Positions 32,070 to 43,124 of a stretch of DNA of 64,000 bases are shown piece after piece (the first letter of the stretch is position 1; each line of letters begins with the position of its first letter). The translations under genes and the position numbers were made by a program. Source of the stretch: an uncultured Planctomycetota bacterium (GTDB lineage Bacteria; Planctomycetota; Planctomycetia; Gemmatales; Gemmataceae); contig CAWKHF010000012.1 in NCBI GenBank assembly GCA_963849325.1, positions 1,440,001-1,504,000 of the forward strand, given 5' to 3'. Under the pieces are notes generated by a model. It did not search any database. It worked only from the letters and a program-made list of their open reading frames with translations, and was not told the DNA's origin.

Positions 32070-32460
32070 ATGAGATTCTACAACCAGCAACACCGATTCT
32101 ACTGCGGCGTCGATCTCCATGCCAGGATCCGATCCCTCTGCATCCTCGACGATAACGGAACCATCGTCCTGCAGAAAACCATCGCCGCCGGACCCGACGC
32201 CTTCCTCCAGGCTGTCGCTCCCTTCCGTGACGGACTCGCCGTCGCCTGGGAGTGCATGTTCGCCTGGTACGGGCTCGCCGACCTCTGTGAGCAAGAAAAA
32301 ATCCCCTTCGTCCTGGGACACGCCCTCTACATGAAGGCCATCCACGGCGGCAAGGCCAAGACCGACAAGATCGACGCCCACCAGATCGCTGTCCTGCTCC
32401 GCGGCGGCATGTTGCCGCAAGCCTACGTCTATCCCAAGGGCATGCGCGAGACCCGCGACC
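32070..32460 (+). pseudogene. IS110-family transposase, N-terminal RuvC-like (DEDD) fragment
   Basis: YCGVDLH, E, KAKTDKIDA motifs; similarity stops after MRETRD. Confidence 0.85.
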
Positions 32461-32562
32461 AGCAGAACCAATTCCGGATCGAGGTGTTAAATGTTCGGAG
32501 ATGGCGCGCACTCGCTACGCTTCGTCCTTGCGCGATCAGGACGTTTCCCCAGAGAAGTAAGC

Positions 32563-33965
32563 ATGCGATACCCAAACTCAGCAGTGTGGCTGGTTGCTTG
32601 CGCCCTTGCCCTGGGCTGTACCGTCACCCTCCTGAATCCGGGAGCCGCCGCCCCGAAAGAAAAGGGCGTGGCAACGCGGACGTTTCCCCCTCAGCTGCCC
32701 GGGGGCAAGCAAGTCGTCACGGCTACTTCGGACCAGTTCCTGAAAGCCACCGCGCCGCTCCCGAAGGACATCGCCATTGCTCAGACGCCTCCCACGGTTG
32801 ATTTCTTGTACTATCCCGGCCAGGATTATGAAGGCAAGCCCTGGTCCAACTGGGGCGACAGCATCGCGGTTAACGGCAAATACTACGCCTCGATCGGCGA
32901 TCACCTCGCCATCGCCGCCAAGGGGACGGCAGCCACGGCACCGGCACGGCCTTCGTCTATGAATATGATCCGGAAAAGAAGTCTTTCCGCACACTCGTCG
33001 ATGTGGCCAAGGTCCTCCATCTCCCGCCCGGACACTATACACCCGGCAAAATTCACAGCCGCCTGGACATGGGCAGCGACGGCTATCTCTACTTCTCGAC
33101 ACACCGCGGCTCCGCCAAGGCTACCACGGATAAGTACCACTACCAGGGCGACTGGATCCTGCGCTGCGATCCCCAAACCGGCAAGACCGAAGTGGTCGCG
33201 CAAGGCCCGGTGCCCAAGCACTGCATCCCCAGCAGCGTTCTGGATCCGGATCGCCTCATCTTTTATGGCGGAACGGCCGCCGGGGCCGACAGTAAGGACG
33301 CGGACGTTCAGTTTTTCGCCTACGACGTGAGGAACAAAAAGCTGCTCTATTCCGGCCCCGACGGACCGCCACGCTATCTGATTTTTGCCCAATCCACCGG
33401 GAGGGTGTATTACGTGCCCGGCCAGGCAGGCGGGGTCGGGCCTCTGGTGCGCTTTGACCCGACCCGAGGCGGAGCGCCCGTGAAGATCGAAGCCTCTCTC
33501 GGACTCCGCGCCGCCACGCAGGAGACGCCGCAGGGCTATGTCTACACGGTGTCCCACGGCGGCCGCAACGGCGGGGCCGATTTGTATGCCTTCCACACCA
33601 AGACCGAAAAGGTCGAGAACCTGGGACCGGCCGCCGTCGGCTCGGCCACCTACATTACCTCGCTGGACGCCGACCCTAGCGGGCGGTATCTGTACTACAT
33701 CCCCGGCGCCCACGGCGGCAGCGACCGCGACGGCTCTCCGGTAGTGCAATTCGATACCAGGACCAGGACAAAGAAAGTCCTCGCTTTCCTGCACCCGTAC
33801 TTCCAAGACAAATGGGGAGCCGCTCTCGTCGGCACCTTTAGTTCGGCTGTGGACCCCAAGGGCGACAAGCTTTACATCACCTGGAACGTCAACCGCGGCG
33901 GCAAAGCCTGGGATTGCTGTGCGTTGACCGTTCTCCACATTCCCGAATCCGAAAGGCGGCCGTGA
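32563..33965 (+). CDS. Exported hypothetical beta-propeller-like protein (frameshift near 32920)
   Basis: Signal peptide; repeated beta-blade-like units (YEYDP, LRCDP, FAYDV, VRFDP, VQFDT). Confidence 0.6.
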
Positions 33966-34037
33966 GACCGCCGCGCCAAGCAAGGCCGAGCGTCCTCCGC
34001 GAACCGCCCGCTCGTATCCTCGAGGAAAGATGTACCG

Positions 34038-35915
34038 ATGAGACTTTTCCGCGCCAGGCTTGTGCAACCCGGTTGCCAGGTGGCTCTGCTGATGGTTGCC
34101 TTTGCAGGTGGGTTCTCCCTCTTCGCAGGGGAAGGGGACGAGAAAAAGCCAGCCACCGCCCGTTGCCTTTTCCGGTTCAAAGACGTCGGTGATGAGGTCG
34201 GGTTGTTTCCCCACGCGGCGGGCATCCGGGGTCACGGCGCTGCCTGGGGCGACGTGGACGGCGACGGTTGGCCGGACCTCTTCGTCACCACCTTCCACAA
34301 CGCCGGGTCGAAATCGGCCCTCTTGCTGCGCAACGAAAAGGGGAAGTTCCGGCTCGACGGTCAGGAAAACCTGCGCACCTCCGGCCTTGGCAGCGGCGCT
34401 CTCTTCGCGGACCTGACCAATAGCGGCCGGCTCGATCTCTACGTGTCGCACTGCGCCCATGGCCGAGACGGCGTCCTGGCGGCCCCGAGCCGGTTGTTCC
34501 GCAACGAGGGCGGCGGCAAGTTCCAGGATGTCTCCCCGGACAGCGGCGCCTGCCCGCCCGGTTACGCGGGTCGCGGTCTGGCCGCCCTCGACTTCGACGG
34601 GGATGGCCTTCTCGACCTGGTGACCTGCGAACAGTATTACTCGTCGAACGTGAAGACCGGCCCCGCCCTTTATCGCAATAAGGGAGCCTATCATTTCGAG
34701 GACGTTGCCAAGGTCGCCGGGTTGCCCGTCGGCATGGGAGGGTTGGGAGTCGCGGTGGCCAACGTCAACAGCGACGGCTGGCCCGATATCTTTTTGACCA
34801 ACGGCGCCGGCGAGCACCGCCTGCTGCTCAACGACGGCCAGGGCACGTTTCGGGAGGCGCCAGGGAGCCGGGAGGTCTTTCGCTGGAAGGGCGCGCGGGC
34901 GGAGGACACGGCCGCGGGCGTTTGTATCGCCAACGTCAACCGGGACGGCCTTCCCGATATCGTGATCGGCCACCACTTCAAGACGCCGTGGACAACGCCC
35001 ACTCCCATCCGGCTGTACCTCCATCGCGGCATCACGGATGGCGTGCCGGCATTCGAGGACGTCACCGAGGCAGCCGGCCTGAACCCCCTGGCCATGAAGG
35101 CGCCGCACGTCGAGATCCAGGACTTCGACAACGACGGTTGGCCCGACATCTACGTGAGCATTGTCAAGTTCCAGGACGGCAAGCCCTATCCCGTCCTCTA
35201 CAAGAACCTCGGCGTCCAGGACGGTATCCCGCGCTTCCGCGAAGACGCCTGGGCCGTCAATGATTTCCCCACCGCCAAGGAAAAGGCGGCCCGACGCGGC
35301 GCGGCCACGCTTACCGACAAGAGTTTTCGAGAGAAGCGGATTGTCTACATGGCTGCCGGGCCGACCTGCGACTTTGATCGCGACGGCAAGCTCGACATTT
35401 TCCTCGCCAATTGGTGGGTGGATTCCCGTTCCCTGCTGTTGCGCAACGAGACGCCGAGCGGCAACTGGCTCGATGTCCGCGTCGAGGGTCCGGACGGCGT
35501 CAACCGCATGGGTATCGGCGCCAAGGTCCATGTCTATCTCGCCGGCAAACGGGGCGAAGCGTCCGCCCTCCTGGGCTCTCGGGAGATCAGCATAGGCTAT
35601 GGCTACTGTTCGGGACAGGAGGCCGTGGCGCACTTCGGCCTGGGCCAGGAGAAGATGGTAGACCTGGAGGTGATTCTTCCCCACGGCAAAAGCAAGGTTT
35701 CCCGGAAGAACGTCGAGGCGAACCAGCGGCTGACGGTGAAACGGGGCGCTGCTCCGCTCCTTCACCCCAGCACGCCCGCGCTGCCGGCACTTCTTCCGGA
35801 CGCCGACCGGACTCGGCGGTGGCTCCCGGACGCCAGTTTCACGCCGACGGTCTACGAAGCGTGGAGCGCGCCTGGCGGCGTCGGCTACGGCGGCGGTCCC
35901 TTGGTGCCGCCGTAG
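34038..35915 (+). CDS. CRTAC1/FG-GAP repeat protein with ASPIC/UnbV C-terminal domain
   Basis: Multiple D.DGDG.PDL repeats; NRMGIGAKV..GYGYCSG..AHFGLG; tail after ANQRLTVK looks foreign. Confidence 0.85.
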   Translation: MRLFRARLVQPGCQVALLMVAFAGGFSLFAGEGDEKKPATARCLFRFKDVGDEVGLFPHAAGIRGHGAAWGDVDGDGWPDLFVTTFHNAGSKSALLLRNEKGKFRLDGQENLRTSGLGSGALFADLTNSGRLDLYVSHCAHGRDGVLAAPSRLFRNEGGGKFQDVSPDSGACPPGYAGRGLAALDFDGDGLLDLVTCEQYYSSNVKTGPALYRNKGAYHFEDVAKVAGLPVGMGGLGVAVANVNSDGWPDIFLTNGAGEHRLLLNDGQGTFREAPGSREVFRWKGARAEDTAAGVCIANVNRDGLPDIVIGHHFKTPWTTPTPIRLYLHRGITDGVPAFEDVTEAAGLNPLAMKAPHVEIQDFDNDGWPDIYVSIVKFQDGKPYPVLYKNLGVQDGIPRFREDAWAVNDFPTAKEKAARRGAATLTDKSFREKRIVYMAAGPTCDFDRDGKLDIFLANWWVDSRSLLLRNETPSGNWLDVRVEGPDGVNRMGIGAKVHVYLAGKRGEASALLGSREISIGYGYCSGQEAVAHFGLGQEKMVDLEVILPHGKSKVSRKNVEANQRLTVKRGAAPLLHPSTPALPALLPDADRTRRWLPDASFTPTVYEAWSAPGGVGYGGGPLVPP

Positions 35916-36139
35916 CCGACGCAACGGGCGAGCGTCGGACCCCAGGGCCGGGGGCGACAGCGCGGCTGGCCCCAGGCCGAGGAGGCGGCAGACCGCCTCG
36001 GCCAGACGCCGACCCCGTCGGTCGGTGCCCGGAAGAAGTGCGGGGTGGGCCGGTCCGCTGGGGGGGAAGGGGCGTTGCGGCGCCGGCGGGGAAGGCGAAC
36101 GATCGTTGCCGGCCCGCCCCGGCGGCTGGGCGCGCCGGG

Positions 36140-36232
36140 CCGGCGCTGGCGGAGTTCCTCATCGAGCAGGAGGTCTCCGTGTACTGCTGCGTGCCAACGC
36201 TCCGGGCCACGCTGGACCGCGACGTGCCGATC
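36140..36232 (+). pseudogene. Fragment resembling an NRPS adenylation domain
   Basis: GPALAEFLIEQEVSVYCCVPTL..TLDRDVP isolated in non-coding context. Confidence 0.45.
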
Positions 36233-36524
36233 TGGATACCTTGGTTGCTGGTCTACAACATGCCACGCGCCGTACACTATCGGAAACCGCACACCGGCTG
36301 GGTTCCAAGTGGGATGCGACTTGAAGAAGCCAGACCTTCGGAGGAGGACAACAAACCATGTTCGCACGCATCGCCGCCATACGGTTGGCCTGCGGTTTTC
36401 TCGCCGTTACCAGCGCACCACCATCGAAGACAACGAGTTCCGCTCTACCGACAACGGCATTCTCTCCGTCGAGGACGGCTCCGGCTGGGGCTACGCGAAA
36501 CTCCGCGGCCGACTGGGGGACGTG

Positions 36525-36609
36525 TATGGGCCGGAGCTTTCTCCCGAGGACGGCGGCGTCGCCATCAGCCACCGCGGAACGAAGCGCTACACGGTGCCGG
36601 CACTCCAGC
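36525..36609 (+). repeat. 85-bp inverted copy of 40228-40312 (internal part of the SIS gene)
   Basis: 82 of 85 bases match the reverse complement of 40228-40312. Confidence 0.9.
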
Positions 36610-36659
36610 AGTTACCAGAACACCTTTTTCCAGAACACGGTCGCACGGTTGTTGGTCGA

Positions 36660-36800
36660 GGGCACGCCGAGCGTGTAGAACAAGATACGCTGCGCCCGCA
36701 GATCCAACTCGGCACGGACCAGACGGTGTTGCCACAGAGGGTCCACCCGAAAGATTCGGCCCAGCAACTGGACCTCCCCTTGGCCGTAAGCGCCGAGAGC
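36660..36800 (-). pseudogene. Possible transposase C-terminal fragment
   Basis: GEVQLLGRIFRVDPLWQHRLVRAELDL..QRILFY resembles IS481/rve-type C-termini (recall, not searched). Confidence 0.35.
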
Positions 36801-36904
36801 AAAAGGAGGGTGAACGACGGCCAGTGGCACCACGCCCTTGCGGACGCTGACCGTGTACATTGGGTCCGTTCTATCCCGGTAGGGTCCCGACAGAGGCAGG
36901 AGCC

Positions 36905-38587
36905 ATGCGCACTCCTCGAACCAGTAACCGAGAAATCTACCTCGTGCAGCCGAGGTTCCCCCCCTCGTACTGGGGGCTGGAAACCATGCTCCGACTGACC
37001 CCGTTCCGGGCCGTGAATCCTCCCCTGGGCCTGCTCACGCTGGCAGCGCTCACCCCTCCTGAGTTCCGTGTGACGCTCTGCGATGAGAACGCCGGCGAGC
37101 GGGTCGATTATGACACCAGCGCCCAGATCGTCGGAATCACCGGGTACAACCTCCAGAACGCACGGGTCTATGCTCACGCGGAGCGTTTCCGCGCCCGCGG
37201 CAAAACGGTCGTGCTGGGGGGACCGTTGGCCAACATCTTGCCCGACGAGTGCCGGCCCTATTGCGACGTCCTGTTCCAGGGCGAGGCCGAGTATACCTGG
37301 CCGCAGTTCCTGCGCGAGTACGCCGGCGGCCGATGGGCCGACCACTACGAGCAGGAGGAGAAGATCCACATGCCCGACTCGCCCCCTCCGCGTCTGGACC
37401 TCCTCCACAGCCGATACCTGCAGGGCATCGTCCAGTGTACGCGCGGCTGCCCGTTCACTTGCGAATTCTGCGACATCATCGTGATGTACGGCCGAAAAAT
37501 GAGGTTCAAGCCGGTCGAGCAGGTGTTGCGAGAGGTCCAGGCCTGGAAGCGGCACGGCATGACCCAGGTCTTCTTCGCCGACGACAACTTTGTCGGCCAT
37601 CGCGCCTATGCCCGGGACTTGTTGAAGCAACTGGCGGCCTGGAACCGGAGACAGCACCGTCCGCTGTCGTTTTTCACCCAGGTCAGCATCGACATGGTCC
37701 GCGATGAGGAACTGCTGGGTCTGCTCCGCGCCGCCAATTTTGCGGCGGTCTTCATCGGCGTCGAAACGCCCCGTAAGGACAGCCTGGCCGAGACCCGCAA
37801 GACCCAGAACGAGAAAGTCGATCTGGTCCAGGCCATCCACACCATCCAATCGTACAACCTGTTCACCTGGGCCGGCATGATCGTGGGGTTCGATCACGAT
37901 GACGCCGGCATCTTCGAGGAACAGTACCAATTTCTCCAAAAAGCACAGATCCCGGTGGCCATGCTGAGCGTTCTGCTGGCCATCCCCAAGACTCCCCTTT
38001 ACAAGCGACTCGAGGCTGAAGGCCGGCTCCTCATGCCAACCGGAGGCCCGACCTTGCCGCTCGACCTGGACCATGACGACCACGTCCACTGGGAAGGGAC
38101 GGACGGTCGGACCAACTTCCGACCGCTGCGCCTGACGATGGAGGAGTTACAGTTGGGACAGCGAAAGCTCTACCAGAAGCTCTACTCCCCCGAGGCGTTC
38201 CAGGAGCGTTTGCTCGGCAATCTCCAGCGGTTCGCGGACGTCGGCTCGCGTTCCGGGCCGATCGACTGGGAGTTCCTCGCCAGCTTTTTCCAGCTGGCGC
38301 GGCACAACTGGCGGCAGGGGCCGCAGGCGCGGCGGTTCTTCTGGCGAACGTTGTGGTCGGCCCTCCGGCACTCGCCGCGCAGCCTACTCCAGGTTGGGAT
38401 GCAGTTGGGAATGTACGAGCATTTCGCCCAGGTCCACGCGGATGCCTGGTCGTGGAATCCCTGGCAGCAAGGCCGCGAGGAGGAAGGATTGGTGCCGAAC
38501 GGTGTGACAAAGAATTGTGGGCCGGGTCGAAGTCAAACGGCTTGTAGAGTACGCCATACAGGTCCGTCCGCCCGTCCGCCGCCTTGA
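36905..38587 (+). CDS. B12-binding radical SAM protein (DUF4070-type)
   Basis: PPLGLLTLAALTP, RGCPFTCEFC (CxxxCxxC), FFADDNF, GMIVGFDHD; AGGAG RBS; 3' end uncertain. Confidence 0.9.
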   Translation: MRTPRTSNREIYLVQPRFPPSYWGLETMLRLTPFRAVNPPLGLLTLAALTPPEFRVTLCDENAGERVDYDTSAQIVGITGYNLQNARVYAHAERFRARGKTVVLGGPLANILPDECRPYCDVLFQGEAEYTWPQFLREYAGGRWADHYEQEEKIHMPDSPPPRLDLLHSRYLQGIVQCTRGCPFTCEFCDIIVMYGRKMRFKPVEQVLREVQAWKRHGMTQVFFADDNFVGHRAYARDLLKQLAAWNRRQHRPLSFFTQVSIDMVRDEELLGLLRAANFAAVFIGVETPRKDSLAETRKTQNEKVDLVQAIHTIQSYNLFTWAGMIVGFDHDDAGIFEEQYQFLQKAQIPVAMLSVLLAIPKTPLYKRLEAEGRLLMPTGGPTLPLDLDHDDHVHWEGTDGRTNFRPLRLTMEELQLGQRKLYQKLYSPEAFQERLLGNLQRFADVGSRSGPIDWEFLASFFQLARHNWRQGPQARRFFWRTLWSALRHSPRSLLQVGMQLGMYEHFAQVHADAWSWNPWQQGREEEGLVPNGVTKNCGPGRSQTACRVRHTGPSARPPP

Positions 38588-39294
38588 CCGTGAACTCCTC
38601 CGGCGGAGTCCCGTGCAACTCCCGGAGACCGCTGGCGTCCACCTCCTCGAGTTTCTGCATGAGCTTGCCGTCGGCGCGGCGCAGCTCGGCCGCCGGCGGC
38701 CGAGCCACGGCGGAATGGGTGTCGAGAAAATACTCAGGTGTCGGGCTGAATTCGATGCCGCCCCTCCAGGTCGGATGGACACCGGAATAGCCGTGCTGGC
38801 CCGGCGCTTCGGTCAGCCGCGCGAACCGCTGGCCGTTCCGATCCACGCGGCAGAGGTGCGTGTCATACGGTCGCTTGGCATCGACGTGGGCGGTGAAGTA
38901 AACCCAGCCGCCTTTCTTATCGACCGTGATGACCCGGACGACCGGGAACCTCCCCGACGTGAGCTGCTTGAGCAGCTTTCCGTGGAGATCGTACAGGTAA
39001 AGGTGCCTCCACCCGTCGCGCTCGGACAACCACAGGAAGCGCTGGCCGTCCACGAACAGATCCGGGTATTGGATGTCCGCGAGCCACGTATCCACCCCGG
39101 TTTTGGAGGCCTCTCTCAGCAGCACTCGCGTCTTACCGCTTTTCGCGTCGGCGACCAGGAAATCCAGCGTTTTCAGCGTCCGATCCGCGCGCGTGAAGAG
39201 GAAGCCTGAGCCGTCTGAGAGCCAGGCTTGAATGTGAACGTATTGGTCAAGCTCCGGCCCGGTGTCGATCCGGATCGGTTGGCGCATCGCAACG
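38514..39294 (-). pseudogene. Dipeptidyl peptidase IV (S9) internal fragment
   Basis: SERDGWRHLYLYD, PEEFTVKAADGRTDLYGVLYKP.DFDP; lacks N-terminus and catalytic GxSxG domain. Confidence 0.8.
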
Positions 39295-39390
39295 GCTTTG
39301 CAACGTAATTCCGGAAAGTGGTAATCTGGTGAAGCTAGGTGACTAACCATGTTCACCAACTTGACATTTTGCCGAATTACGTTGCAAAGC
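39295..39390. mobile_element. 96-bp MITE or internally deleted IS
   Basis: 17-bp perfect TIR GCTTTGCAACGTAATTC / GAATTACGTTGCAAAGC with weaker symmetry extending to TGGTGAA/TTCACCA; AT-rich; sits at the DPP IV truncation point. Confidence 0.7.
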
Positions 39391-39456
39391 TCCGTAGGCG
39401 GACGAGACAGGAACAGCCCGCCGCGCGGGAGCACGCCAAGAGAAGCGATTTCGTCA

Positions 39457-40570
39457 TCATTCGTACCTTGGTGTCAGAGTTGAACCAGTTTGTCGAGCGC
39501 GAGCGAAGCGCGGATCTTCCAGGCGAAACCCATCCGGATTCGTGCCGCGTTCCAGCGCCAGGAAGTAGGCGAACAGCTGTAAGGGCACAAGGCACGTCAG
39601 CGCGCTCCAGGGTTCGGGAACGCCTGGCACGATGCACCACCCGGCCGCGGCCGGCCCGAGCGCCTGCGGTGTCCCGTCGCTGACCATCAGGTAAGGGATG
39701 CCGACCTCTTGAACCATCCTGCCGAACTCGACAAGCCGCTCCTGGCCCTTTCCAGCCGGGACGATCAAGACGAACACGTCCTCTGGCTCGGCACACTGGA
39801 ACGGCCCGTGCAGCAGTGTTTCGACGGCCATCCCCTCCGCCTGTAAATAAGACGTTTCCTTGATCTTGAGTGCGATCTCCTGGGCCGTAACCGCTGAAGG
39901 CCCGCCCCCGACGAGCCAGATGCGCCGACATTGCACGGTGCGCATCGCACCAGTCCTTCACTTCGGCCTCGGTGCGCGTGGCCTCCCGCAGGGTGGCCGG
40001 AAGCGTTCGATGCAAGAGTTCCGCGGCGGAGGCATCCTCCTTCCCCCGCTGCGCACCGACCCGTGTCGCCAGCAGCGCCAGCACGGCGATCGCGCCGACG
40101 TAGCTGATGGTGTGGGCCGACGATTGCTCCTGGGCAACCGTCTGGAAGGTGGCATCTGCATCTTCCGCCGCGGCAGGCGGGCCTTCTCCCGTTAGGAGGG
40201 CCACGCGGCAGCCAGCCTGTCGGGCCCGCTGGAGTGCCTGCACCGTGTAGCGCTTCGTTCCGCGGTGGCTGATGGCGACAACGCCGTCCTCGGGAGAAAG
40301 CTCCGGCCCATAGTGGACGAAGTCGAACGAGTGCCAGGCCCGTACCGGCAAGCCGGGACTGTACGCCCGGACCAGGTGCTCGCCGACCTGGGCTGCGTGG
40401 TAGGAAGTCCCGATGCCGACCAGGACGAGCTGACGCCAACCTCGGCTCGGTGCCGCGAAGGCGTCCACCGCCGCCGCGTTCCGCCGGATCGAGTTGGCGA
40501 ACCCATCCGGCTCGGCCAGGACATGCTCGTACATGTGAAACGGGTGCTGACTTCGTGGTTCGTTCGGCAT
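39457..40570 (-). CDS. SIS-domain protein (GlmS/AgaS-like sugar isomerase; frameshift near 39940)
   Basis: VGIGTSYHAA, ISHRG, AHTISY, EIALKIKETSY, LHGP, PLQLFAY..RGTNPD. Confidence 0.85.
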
Positions 40571-40681
40571 GTCGTCCCCGGTTGAATCCGCCGTTGTTGA
40601 AGTGCCACGCCGGGCCGCCTCCCCGGCCACTTCCACGCCCTGGCCGTCAACGATACTTCCCTTCAACGCAGCGAGAATCTC

Positions 40682-42240
40682 TCAGGGCGGTCGTTTCGCT
40701 GTCGTTGTCATTGGCCCCGTAGAAGAGGATGGTCCAGGGACGCTCTGTTTCTCCCTGCCTTTCTTCTCCGGCGGTTTCCCATGCTCGGGTATCCCCGTCC
40801 CTTCGCCCGGCTTGCTCGGCTGGGCTGCTTTCCCGGACACCTTCGCCAGCCAGCCGCGCAGCGTCTCCAGCACGACCGGGTTGTACTCCGGCAAGGGAGA
40901 AGCTTTGCCGGATGGGGGCACATTCCCCCAAACGGCGAGGCGGAAGCTCTCCTCCGGCGAGGCGACGCGATAGAACCCGTGGTCGATGCCGTCCAGCGCG
41001 ACGAACCCTGCCCGACCGGGATGGGCTTGGTTCACGATCCACGCGATACGCTCGTCGAAATAGCCCGCGCATTGCCAGTCGCATTTGCCCCAGAGGGCCA
41101 GCACCTCCGCATCGACCTTGGCCCAGGCGCCGTCGATGCTCCGCTCGGCCAACTGGTGTGCGAACCGGTAATGACGGCCGCTGATGTAGTCTCCCTCGGC
41201 GTTGAGGACCTTCAGCAGGTCGCGCAACTCGGGGTGCTTCTCCGCCACCTCGGCCGGTCGCATCTTCTCCAGGAACAAATAGGCAAAGACCCGCGCCCAC
41301 CGATTCATCTGCCGATCCGCCTCGGCCGGCGCGGTCCCCTCGAACGTCATGACGCGGCGCCGCTGTTCCAGGACGGCCTCGAACCACGTCTTGGAGCCTG
41401 TGCCGTAGAACGCGACCCCCTTGACCGGCTCGTCCACCGCCACCAGTGGCGCCGTAATGCCGCCCATGCTGTAACCGAACAGGAACACGTTGTCGGCGTT
41501 CACGAAGGCGAATCCCTTGAGCGCCTTGAGGGCCTGCCGGTAACCGTCCAGGACGGTCTGCAGGTCGAGGTCGCGGCAGGGACCGCCTTCGCTGTCCCCG
41601 GAGCCGTGCTGGTCCACGCGCATCACCACGTAGCCGTGCCGCGTCAGGTCGTCGGCCAGCCAGCGCAGCTGGTCCGGCGGTCCCGTCGGGGTGTCGATGG
41701 AGCCGCAGCCGTAGCCACCCTGGAGGAGCAGCACCGCGGGGTGCCGGCCGACGTTTTTCGGCCGGGTCACGATGGTGCGGAGCCGGCTGCCGTGGCTGCG
41801 GACCTGCCTGTAGGTGATGTCGTAGGCGTCGCTCGTTTCCCGCGGTTTCTCCCGCATCGTCACCTTCTTGCTGGTCCTCTCGCCGTCCCGCACCACCTCG
41901 ACCGTCACCGTGTCGCCTACACGGATCGCGCCGACCTTCTTCAGAAAGGCGGGGATGCCGGCGACCTTGGAGCCGCCCAGGGACAGGATCACGTCGCCGG
42001 GCTGGAGGCCGGCCTCCGCCGCCGTGGTGCGGGGGAAGACCTGCGCGAGGACCACGCCGTCGGCCCCGTCGAGCTTCTGGCGCTCCCGCACTTCCTTGGT
42101 GACGGGTCCGACCTGGACCCCGAAGAACGCCTTGCGCGGCAGCGGCGCCTCCTCCGCCGAGGGGCGCGTTTCTTGCTGGCCGGACACCGCCTGACACCAG
42201 CAGACAAAAAGCGCAGTCGAGGCGAGGACACCCCCGCATC
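40682..42240 (-). CDS. PDZ domain + alpha/beta hydrolase (start uncertain)
   Basis: FFGVQV..AAEAGLQPGDVI PDZ; GSGDSEG, GYSMGG nucleophile, G..D, DH. Confidence 0.85.
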
Positions 42241-42339
42241 GTGCGGCGAAGCTCGGTAGTGGGCGATTAGTGTGTTGATGCCGTCTGGAGCAGTTCAAGC
42301 AGCGTCCACGGATGATCCGTCGTCGTCTTCCATTCCGCC

Positions 42340-42667
42340 CGTAGGTCTTGCCGATGGCCAGTTCCGCCACCTTGATCCAGTTCTCGATCTCGGTCACGTC
42401 GTCGGGCGAGATGTTGACGGCCTTGCCGAACAACTCTTCGGCCACTTTCAATTGGCGGCTCATGTTGCCAGGCCGCTCGAAGTCCTTGCTCATCGAGGAG
42501 CAGAGGTTGTCCCGACCGGCTTTCGCAGCTTTCTCCAGTATCTCTCGGTCAGAGCCGACCAGGGGAAGTACGATGACGATCTTCTGCGCAACATCTTCGG
42601 GACGCCAGCGCTCGTCCAGCGAACGATAGAGTTCACGCAGAATCGTTTCCGGCTCGTACTGCGTCAT
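42340..42667 (-). pseudogene. N-terminal fragment of a hypothetical protein, read in frame into the hydrolase ORF
   Basis: GGAGG RBS, MTQYEPETILRELYRSLDERWRPEDVAQ..SMSKDF..IGKTYGRN, then an abrupt change in sequence character. Confidence 0.5.
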
Positions 42668-42752
42668 GGTGCCTCCCAATTTAGTCAGCCCAACAAGGAG
42701 AAGCAAGAACCTGCCCGGCTCTCCCGAACCGAGCAGGTCGGTTCAATCTTCC

Positions 42753-42948
42753 CTAGAAGTAGTGATTCCGATTCACGCCATCAAAAGCAACCGGAGTTGC
42801 GGCAGCACTTCTTGAAGCGTTTACCCGACCCGCATAGGCAGAGATCGTTCCTTCCCAACTTCTCGGTCAGTTCCTTGTTGCCGTGAACGATCCGCACGCC
42901 ACGCTTCACCTTTGCCTCGGACGGGAATCCTTTGCGGCGCTTGCTCAT
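42753..42948 (-). CDS. SEC-C metal-binding small protein (homopolymer frameshift near 42785)
   Basis: [20 protein letters not shown]; removing one T gives ..[15 protein letters not shown]. Confidence 0.85.
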
Positions 42949-43124
42949 CGGCTCGAAAAAAATGGCCGTTCGTCGAAATCTTGCTGGTCCATGATCCACC
43001 GTCTTTCCTCAGCGAACAACGGGCGAGAATGGCTGCTCCGGTGGACACCGAATGCCGGCGACAGGTTCGACACGAATTTCGGGTGATTGCGAACCCTCTC
43101 TGGCTGGTTCGTGTCCTCCCCTTC

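Noticed and set aside
26214..35924. Very long opposite-strand ORFs (most of 26214-29489, 32901-35924, and similar ones elsewhere)
   Set aside because: Shadow ORFs typical of high-GC DNA, antisense to genes with recognisable motifs.
36525..40312. DGR template/variable repeat pair
   Set aside because: Only three mismatches, not consistently at adenines on one strand; not at a gene 3' end; no reverse transcriptase in the window.
40682..42706. 674-aa ORF as a genuine multidomain protein
   Set aside because: The N-terminal part differs in composition and joins the PDZ-hydrolase through a non-protein-like linker, so it is treated as a chance in-frame junction.
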